Assembly: GCA_965197905.1 (NCBI GenBank)
Contig: CBDAOB010000005.1
Location: 896,001-960,000 of the forward strand
Reading direction: 5' to 3'
DNA length: 64,000 nucleotides
Source: Candidatus Latescibacterota bacterium
Lineage (GTDB): Bacteria; Latescibacterota; UBA2968; UBA8231
The notes beneath the pieces are model-generated. The model was not told the DNA's origin and did no database searches. It saw only the letters and a list, made by a program, of their open reading frames with translations. Both the position numbers and the translations under genes were made by a program. Shown here one piece after another: positions 7,587 to 14,360 of the stretch; position 1 is the first letter of the stretch; each line of letters starts with the position of its first letter.

Positions 7587-10500
7587 TCAAGCATTCGGAG
7601 GCAGTCCAACAAATTGACGACTGTAGGCATCCAGCAGGGGATCGGACTCGCGTTTGTCGGCGGCGCGTGCGAAGACGACTCCGGGGCAGTTCGCCCGCCG
7701 TGCTCGCGGCAGCAGACCGTAGCCGGAAGGCAGCGCTCGTTCACCCGTTCGCTCCAACTCAAACATCTCTCCCATCACCTCGGCAATGCCCCGTCGAGCT
7801 CCCACGACTCGGGCAAACGCCTCGTGCGGTTCTAACCCCTGCCGCCAACCGTGTCGCGTGGGCACGGTCCTGCCATCGATGTCGGTCGTCGCGATATTCG
7901 GGCCGATCAGCTGGAGGAGCTGCATCGTGTTACCCCTCGCTCCGCTCTTGCAAAGCAGGTTCAGCGGCCCGAATTCGTCGTCGTCGATCTCGTCGCATCT
8001 CGCCAACCAATGCAACGCTTCATCGGTGTAGGACTCCCATTGGTCCCGGTCGTCCTCCTCCGGTGGCGAGGGAAGATCCAGGCTAGTGCCGACGAATGGA
8101 TTCATCGACAGACCAAGGGTTTTGGCTTCTTCGAACCCGCGACGCATCAGGCGTTCGGAGGTCGTAAGGGCCTCCTCCACACCTTTGCGCTCGACCATCT
8201 CGCGCAGCGCATCGACAAGCGGCCGGCGTGTGATGAAGGCGGCACCCTTCTCGATTTTCATGCCGGGGAGTTTTTCGATCTCAGCATGGCCTTCCGGTGT
8301 CATACTCAAGCTGGCCAGTCCCACAACGGCATCCATTCGCGGATCCAGGGAGCTGATCAATTCGGGATTCCGCTCAACCACGGCGCGGATAGATAAGCGC
8401 TGCTCCGCCTCGAGCTGCCCAGCTTTGGTGATCGGGAGAAAAACCGCCATCTGGTCGCCGTCGAAATCCGCGTTCATCAACTCGCAAGCAAGCGGAGGTA
8501 GGCGCAGCGCCCGTCCCGGACACCGAACCGGTCGGAAAGCGAGAAAAGAGGAAATAGGGGAAAGCACCCATCCTGTGTAGACAGTCACCCACGAACCCGC
8601 CAGGAGTTGGTCGAGGGATTCTTCCAGCTCGGGCGTCGGCCTGGTGGGTGCGGTCGAGGGTACGGTTTCGCGAGCGAGCAGCGGGCCGAACAGGGTCCAG
8701 CAGATCTCTTCGGGAAGGCCGATCTGATCGTAGTGCAGTTCAGGCCCAGGGGTGGTAACAGTTCGTCCACTGAACAAGACACTGGCGTTGGGAAGCAAAT
8801 CCTTGGGTTTGACAACCGCATTCAAATAGGCGCCGAGCATCTCTTCGAGGTGTGTCTGCGCACTTTCTATCAAGGCCTTTGGGGCGCTGCTGTCGACCAT
8901 CTGTTGAAGGCGAGAATTGGCCGACTCCAGCTCGGCGTATTCCGGCAGCTCCTCAAGTTGCCCGACCCTCTTCAAACGGTGTTGGCGGAACCATGGGTGA
9001 GGAACGGGAAGCGCAAACTGCAAGCAGGGATTCGGTGGCGACTGGAAGGTCAACCGCAGACATTCCTGTTCGAGGGCAACCTGGATTCCCGCGATCTCCA
9101 GGCGCTGGACGAGTCTTGTAAACGACGGTGCAGGCGGACCTGCCTGTCGCAGCTCTCCCTTGCCGACCTTTTCCGCCAGCGTCTCGGATCCGTCGCGCTC
9201 CGCGGCGCAGGTGTTGAAGAGCTCAGACGCGGTCTCGAGCGCGCCGATGTTCGCCAGCATACCATATTCGTTGGCGCCAACCGTTTGCGGCCGGCCATCT
9301 CCAACCGAGGCATGTATCTTGCCGCGCACATCGTGGATCGTGCGGCCCCAGTAGACCCATCCCGCGGTGCTTGGGCGTTGTAGTCTTTTACCGTTAACGG
9401 TAAGGGTTTCCATGCCGTCGCCGGATATTCCCGCTGTCGTCATTCGCTTGCGGAGCTCCTTCTCGCTCGGCGCCTGAAAAGGAGGCACGATCGCCGGTTT
9501 GCTTTCGGTCTTCGCGATACGACCCATCAACGCTTCCCGTACGACCCCAAAATTCATGCGGGATACCAGGCCGCAGACGCTGTAGATCAGGTCGATGGGG
9601 ACCCCGTTCAGGTGCGGCATCTCTACGTCCGGGAGGATGCACGAGACCACACCCTTCGATCCGTGCCGGTTGGAAATCTTGTCACCTACTTCGATTGGGT
9701 GAGGATCCTGGAAACGGGAAGCCGCCGATTCGCTGAGTACAATCGCATCTTCAAAGGTGTAGCCATCCCAGGAGATAAATGCGGTGAGCAGGTTCCGACC
9801 GCACCAGAATTCCGGGACATCAGGCTCCGCGCCGGTTTGGACCAGAGCCGGTTCTGGTTGCGCCTGGGGGGTCCACTGGCGCATCATATTGGCCCCCATC
9901 AGGAGCCGATTCCCGTCACTGTGTTCGAGAAACGGAATCGCGGAGGCGGACAAACCCAGGTTTGCCGCCGGCGTGTTCTCCACTATTTCCAGGCGACTGT
10001 CCCGAATCTCTGCCCCCTGTGCGATGGTGAGGATGCGTCCGACGTTGGGCCCTTCGGGGGTTTCGAAGGGGCAGGTGCGGCCGAAATGACCGGGGGTGAA
10101 GACCTTCTTGCGCTCAGGAATCGACACCCGGCGCAGATGTACTTGCCGAGATAACCAGTTTATTTCGACCAGTTCCTCACCAAGCTGCTGGAGGAATTCG
10201 CGAACCCAGTCGGTGATCGGTACCCATGCGGCAGCAAGGGTTTCCTCCCATTGCATCTCTTGCGGTGCGTCTCCCAGGCGCTGCTCAACAAAGTGGAACA
10301 ACTGCTCGCCCACACAGCGAATCTCAGCTCGATCGAGATCGTCCTCGGTGGCTTTCGGAGATACAACAAGCCACCGACCGTCCATCTCGAAAACCCCCTC
10401 GTCATTTGGCTCAGGCACATCGTCATGTTCCACCACGACCTCGCCGTCCTTTCCGCGCAGAACCACCTTGACCCGGCACCTATGATGTCCGGCTGCTTCG

Positions 10501-10610
10501 GTATGATATCCCACAAGTGGAATCCGCTCGCTCAGTAATTGCGGCAGCAGTTCCTGGATGAACCGATCCCACGAGGTTTTGTGCCAGGGTGCCCCGTAGC
10601 TCAACTTCAT
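7587..10610 (-). CDS. Miniaturised single-chain fusion of RNA polymerase beta and beta' core segments (1007 aa, two-barrel polymerase family)
   Basis: Collinear RpoB motifs: GRTCPFETPEGPNVG, IPFLEHSDGNRLLMGANMMRQ, WDGYTFEDAI, GDKISNRHGSKG, SRMNFG, KIHA. These are followed by RpoC motifs: PVPHPWF, FSGRTV...QIGLP, NADFDGDQMAV at 8454-8474, SGARG, GARRG. ATG at 10610 has a GGAGG RBS and overlaps the sigma stop codon. Confidence 0.93.
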   Translation of the reverse strand: MKLSYGAPWHKTSWDRFIQELLPQLLSERIPLVGYHTEAAGHHRCRVKVVLRGKDGEVVVEHDDVPEPNDEGVFEMDGRWLVVSPKATEDDLDRAEIRCVGEQLFHFVEQRLGDAPQEMQWEETLAAAWVPITDWVREFLQQLGEELVEINWLSRQVHLRRVSIPERKKVFTPGHFGRTCPFETPEGPNVGRILTIAQGAEIRDSRLEIVENTPAANLGLSASAIPFLEHSDGNRLLMGANMMRQWTPQAQPEPALVQTGAEPDVPEFWCGRNLLTAFISWDGYTFEDAIVLSESAASRFQDPHPIEVGDKISNRHGSKGVVSCILPDVEMPHLNGVPIDLIYSVCGLVSRMNFGVVREALMGRIAKTESKPAIVPPFQAPSEKELRKRMTTAGISGDGMETLTVNGKRLQRPSTAGWVYWGRTIHDVRGKIHASVGDGRPQTVGANEYGMLANIGALETASELFNTCAAERDGSETLAEKVGKGELRQAGPPAPSFTRLVQRLEIAGIQVALEQECLRLTFQSPPNPCLQFALPVPHPWFRQHRLKRVGQLEELPEYAELESANSRLQQMVDSSAPKALIESAQTHLEEMLGAYLNAVVKPKDLLPNASVLFSGRTVTTPGPELHYDQIGLPEEICWTLFGPLLARETVPSTAPTRPTPELEESLDQLLAGSWVTVYTGWVLSPISSFLAFRPVRCPGRALRLPPLACELMNADFDGDQMAVFLPITKAGQLEAEQRLSIRAVVERNPELISSLDPRMDAVVGLASLSMTPEGHAEIEKLPGMKIEKGAAFITRRPLVDALREMVERKGVEEALTTSERLMRRGFEEAKTLGLSMNPFVGTSLDLPSPPEEDDRDQWESYTDEALHWLARCDEIDDDEFGPLNLLCKSGARGNTMQLLQLIGPNIATTDIDGRTVPTRHGWRQGLEPHEAFARVVGARRGIAEVMGEMFELERTGERALPSGYGLLPRARRANCPGVVFARAADKRESDPLLDAYSRQFVGLPPNA

Positions 10611-11203
10611 TCGAATTCCTCCCAGTCTATGCCGAGGGCTTTCCACCTTCTGCCGATCTCCCTGCGGCCGTAATGTAAGCGCGATTTTACGGTTCCCGGA
10701 GGTATGCCCAGTTCCTGGGCGACCTCCTTCACCTCCATCTGGGCGTCGTAGATCAAACGCATCACCTCTCGTTTGTCTTCCGGCAGGTCGTCCACGAGAT
10801 CCTGCAATCTATCGCGTACCTCCTTTCGTTCGAGCAGCGTGTCCGCACCAAGCGCAGCCGCATCGACCAACCACACCGGGACGTCGCTTTCATCCTCTTC
10901 AAGATCGAGCCCGGAAGCTTCCAGCGGCTGCTGGCGGCGGCGACGCACGGTGCGGATATGGTTGAGGGCCAGATTGGTGGCTATGCGGTAGAGCCACGAC
11001 AGCAACGATGAACCGCTCCACTGCGCGGAGTGCGACCAGACCCGTAGAAACAACTCCTGGAGCAGGTCTTCGGCCGCACCTCTGTCGCGCACCATCCGTT
11101 GCAGATGGCGAACTAGATCGGTGGAGTATCGTTGATGGAGCTCTTCGAACGCCTTTTCGTCCCGGCTTCGAATGCGCACCATGAGGTCATGGTCAGTGTC
11201 CAA
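10607..11203 (-). CDS. ECF (sigma-70 group 4) RNA polymerase sigma factor
   Basis: Region 2: AAEDLLQELFLRVW...SWLYRIATNLALNH. Region 4: LPEDKREV...EVAQELGIPPGTVKSRLHYGR. TTG start with GGGAGG RBS. Confidence 0.95.
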   Translation of the reverse strand: MDTDHDLMVRIRSRDEKAFEELHQRYSTDLVRHLQRMVRDRGAAEDLLQELFLRVWSHSAQWSGSSLLSWLYRIATNLALNHIRTVRRRRQQPLEASGLDLEEDESDVPVWLVDAAALGADTLLERKEVRDRLQDLVDDLPEDKREVMRLIYDAQMEVKEVAQELGIPPGTVKSRLHYGRREIGRRWKALGIDWEEFE

Positions 11204-11222
11204 ACAACCTCCCTACTGCTCA

Positions 11223-11249
11223 TGACACCGAATGAAACGGAGGGGTTCA
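11223..11249 (-). promoter_or_regulatory. Putative ECF-type (autoregulatory) promoter TGAACC-N16-TGTCA for the sigma / mini-RNAP operon
   Basis: Minus strand reads TGAACC cctccgtttcattcgg TGTCA about 20 nt upstream of the sigma start. This fits the general ECF pattern of AAC in -35 and GTC/CGT in -10. Confidence 0.55.
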
Positions 11250-11274
11250 AAGAAAAATATAGTATGGTGGGTTG

Positions 11275-11302
11275 TTGACTCTCTGCCTGGCTGCAATATA
11301 TT
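11275..11302 (+). promoter_or_regulatory. Putative sigma-70 promoter for trmB-ilvE
   Basis: TTGACT (11275-11280), 16-nt spacer, TATATT (11297-11302) in an AT-rich intergenic patch. Confidence 0.5.
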
Positions 11303-11323
11303 GACTACTATAGGTAGTTAATA
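11299..11323. promoter_or_regulatory. Inverted-repeat operator TATTGACTAC-N5-GTAGTTAATA, likely bound by the adjacent TrmB-family regulator
   Basis: 10-bp arms with one mismatch, overlapping the predicted -10 and start region of the regulator gene. Confidence 0.55.
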
Positions 11324-11349
11324 ATCAGGCAAAGGAACTGCTCATTCAG

Positions 11350-12136
11350 TTGGGCTTGAGCGAATACGAAGCCGGAGCCTATCTCTCCCTCCTGAGCTGC
11401 CAACCAGCAACGGCATACGAACTTGCCAAGGTATCCGGCATCCCGAGCTCGAAAATCTATGAAACAGCCAACCGCCTGGTAGACAAGAAGCTTATCGAGC
11501 CGGTTACCGCCGATAGTGGACGCGGGCAACGCTACATCGCCGTGGGGGCCGAGGACTTTATCTCCATCAAACGCGAGGAGGTTGCGCGCCAGACAAACGT
11601 GCTTGAGCCTCTCCTGAAGGCCGCCAGCAACGGTATGGAAGCGGACTTTATCTGGCAACTGGACGGGGCCGACGGGCTCGAGGATAAAACGCGCCCAATT
11701 GATTCGGGAGGCAGAAGGAACCGTGTTGGCCTCCCTGTGGCAAGCCGAGTTCGATGCCTATGACGACGATCTGCAAGCCGCCGAGCGGTGGGGTGTCGGT
11801 CTCGCCCTGGTGCACTACGGCGCGCCCGCCAGGCGCTTGGGGGCAACCTTTCACCACCCCGTGGAAGAGACGATCCGGCAGGAACGGGGCGGGCGCGGCC
11901 TTACCCTCGTTGTCGATCAACGCTGCGTGGTCATCGCCACTTACTTCGACGACGGTCGCGTGGAAGGGGCCTGGAGCCGAAATCGGGCGTTTGTCTTTGT
12001 TGCCGAAGACTGCGTCCGGCACGACGTCTATATCACCAAGGTTACGGCAACCATGGATGACGATCTCAAGCGCAACTTCGGGGCGGACTACGAAAAACTG
12101 CGTGATGTGTTTCAAGCGGTGGAGCGGGAGTCGTGA
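11350..12136 (+). CDS. TrmB-family transcriptional regulator, split by a +1 frameshift near 11694-11696 (probable sequencing error)
   Basis: N-terminal LGLSEYEAGAYLSLL...TAYELAKVSGIPSSKIYE wHTH. The effector-binding half (LTLVVD...HDVY) is in the next frame. Removing one C from gcgccc gives ...KTRQLIREAE. Confidence 0.8.
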
Positions 12137-13029
12137 AAGCGTGCTGGCTGAACGGATCGCTCGTCGATCCGAATTTAGCCTCGGTTTCGGTCTTCGATCA
12201 TGGGCTGCTTTATGGTGACGGCGTTTTCGAGGGGATCCGCTTCTACGACAAGGTCCCGTTCCGTCTCGATGCACACCTTCAACGAGTCGAGCGCTCGGCC
12301 CGGGCGATCGCCCTCGAGATACGGTATTCGCGGACCGAGCTGGCCAGCGCCGTAGGCGAGACGGTCGCCGCCGCCGGCGAACAAGGTGGCTACATACGAT
12401 TGGTGGCGACCCGGGGTATCGGAACTCTGGGTGTCGATCCGCGATCCTGCCGGGTCGGAACGGTGTTCATTCTTGCCGACAAGCTCGAGTTGGCTGACCA
12501 GGCGGTGTATCGAAACGGAGCACGGGTCATTCTTTCAGCCACGCGCAGGCTCGGCGCCGACGAAATCGATCCGCGCATCAAATCGCTGAACTATCTGAAC
12601 CAGATCCTGGCGCGCATCGAAGCCAACCATGCAGGTGCGGACGAGGCCATCATGCTCAATCGTGCCGGGATGGTAGTGGAAGGTACAGCGGACAACGTGT
12701 TTGTCGTCGCCAACAACCGGCTGCTGACGCCGCCACTGTCAGACGGGGCACTGGATGGAATCACTCGTCAGGTGGTGTTCGAGCTCGCCGACAGACTTGC
12801 GATCCCCTGTGGGGAGGGGAGTCTCGCCCCCTACGACCTGTACAACGCGGATGAGTGTTTCCTCACCGGTACCGGAGCCGAGCTCATTCCTGTGGCGGAG
12901 GTTCAGGGCCGGCGGATTGGTAGGGGAGAACACGCAATCTTCGAACGCTTGCGGTCCGCTTACAGTGAACTGATCAAAGAAGAGACAACCTTGGATCTTT
13001 GCTCGAAAGATGCTACTGTTCTGTGTTGA
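12133..13029 (+). CDS. ilvE: Branched-chain amino acid aminotransferase (class IV PLP)
   Basis: DHGLLYGDGVFEGIR, YIRLV, IKSLNYLN, EGTADN, LDGITR, FLTGTGAE. GTGA overlap with the regulator gene. Confidence 0.9.
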   Translation: MKACWLNGSLVDPNLASVSVFDHGLLYGDGVFEGIRFYDKVPFRLDAHLQRVERSARAIALEIRYSRTELASAVGETVAAAGEQGGYIRLVATRGIGTLGVDPRSCRVGTVFILADKLELADQAVYRNGARVILSATRRLGADEIDPRIKSLNYLNQILARIEANHAGADEAIMLNRAGMVVEGTADNVFVVANNRLLTPPLSDGALDGITRQVVFELADRLAIPCGEGSLAPYDLYNADECFLTGTGAELIPVAEVQGRRIGRGEHAIFERLRSAYSELIKEETTLDLCSKDATVLC

Positions 13030-13072
13030 TTCGCGAACAGCCGTGTCCTTAGAGAACAGGTCCAGCGTCATA

Positions 13073-14263
13073 TTGATTCGTACCCTCGCCGTCATCGTTC
13101 TACTCCTCGCGGCCCACCGCACGGCATACGCCGTCGAGCCGCCCCGAGAGCCCCGACACGAATTCACCTTCGTCGTTCTCGGCGACAGCCAGTTTCATCT
13201 TCCGAACACCTTCAACAGGCTGATCGACGAGATCGTACATCTCTATCCCTCGTTCGTCATTCAGGTGGGGGATATGATCAGCGGTTACGTCGAAGATCTG
13301 GACGAATTTCGCGCCCAATGGAAGCGGTTTCACGCCCAGATCGCTCCTCTCGGCGAGATTCCGTTCTACCCGGTTCCCGGGAATCATGACGTGCTCGATG
13401 CCAGTCACAAACCCGGCGGCGAAAAGATCTACAAAGAGGTCTGGGGCGACACCTACTACTCCTTCGATTATCGCAACGCGCATTTCATCATCTTGAACAC
13501 CGACGATCGCGATGGAAGCGAGATCACCGGGGAGCAACTGAATTGGTTAAAGAGAGATCTTGGAGGTGCGCGCAAGCAGGATCACATATTCGTCTTTTTC
13601 CACCGTCCGATCTATTCGCTCAAGAACGAGGAAGAGCTGCACAAGCTGTTTGTGGAACACGGGGTGATCGCTGTGATCTACGGACACAGGCATCACTTGC
13701 ACTACCGGGAGCGAGATGGCATTCCATACATGATGACGATGAGCGCGACGAAACTGAGTACCCCGTTTCCCCTCGAAGCAGGAAATATGCATCACATGTT
13801 GCTGGTTACCGTGCGCGACAACACCTTTCGCATTGCTGTCGTTAAGGCCGGATCGGTGCTGCCGCCCGACATCGTTACTCCCAAGGACAACAGCCGGCTA
13901 TACAATCTCCATCGGCGATTTTTCGAGGAGGAGGAAATCGCGTTCGAGAAGCTCCAACGAAAGGACGATGGCTATGAGGTCGTCCTTCGGGTGAACAACC
14001 TGTCCGATCAAGACCTGCTGGCATTCTTCGAATGGCAACTTCCAAATGCCCGCTGGTCCGTGGATCCATCAAAGGGGCGGCGGGTGTCATTGCCTGCTGG
14101 AACAGAAGAGCACCCGATAACCTTTCTCCTGCGGCGCGACAATCCTCATACCCCCGAGGCGTTCCCCTCCTGCGTTGCCAGCTTGTTGTACCTCACCTCC
14201 GCCGGCGACGTCGTCAAACTCGAACATACCTTCGAAATCCTCGCCGAAGTCGAAGAGCGGTAG
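13073..14263 (+). CDS. Secreted calcineurin-like metallophosphoesterase with C-terminal beta-rich domain
   Basis: Signal peptide ending in AYA; motifs GDSQ, VGDM, PGNHD, FHRP, GHRH. Start is uncertain (13010-13073). Confidence 0.85.
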   Translation: MIRTLAVIVLLLAAHRTAYAVEPPREPRHEFTFVVLGDSQFHLPNTFNRLIDEIVHLYPSFVIQVGDMISGYVEDLDEFRAQWKRFHAQIAPLGEIPFYPVPGNHDVLDASHKPGGEKIYKEVWGDTYYSFDYRNAHFIILNTDDRDGSEITGEQLNWLKRDLGGARKQDHIFVFFHRPIYSLKNEEELHKLFVEHGVIAVIYGHRHHLHYRERDGIPYMMTMSATKLSTPFPLEAGNMHHMLLVTVRDNTFRIAVVKAGSVLPPDIVTPKDNSRLYNLHRRFFEEEEIAFEKLQRKDDGYEVVLRVNNLSDQDLLAFFEWQLPNARWSVDPSKGRRVSLPAGTEEHPITFLLRRDNPHTPEAFPSCVASLLYLTSAGDVVKLEHTFEILAEVEER

Positions 14264-14360
14264 CCCGCAACGCACCGTTGCCCTCGGGCTTGGCACTGTT
14301 CATTCCCGCCGTTTGTTTCGTGTTTATGGGGCATTCCCTGAGACCTCGTTTCATTGGCAC

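Noticed and set aside
7587..10610. Reading the ORF as the housekeeping rpoB/rpoC or a Helicobacter/Wolbachia-type rpoBC fusion
   Set aside because: It is little more than a third of the expected length, lacks essential modules, and has no ribosomal protein gene context.
7587..10610. Reading it as a decayed rpoBC pseudogene or a prophage polymerase
   Set aside because: No stops or frameshifts, catalytic motifs selectively retained, good RBS and translational coupling. No phage, integrase or att features nearby.
10611..10646. ORF-track start at 10646 for the mini-RNAP
   Set aside because: It lies inside the sigma gene. ATG 10610 has a GGAGG RBS and an ATGA overlap.
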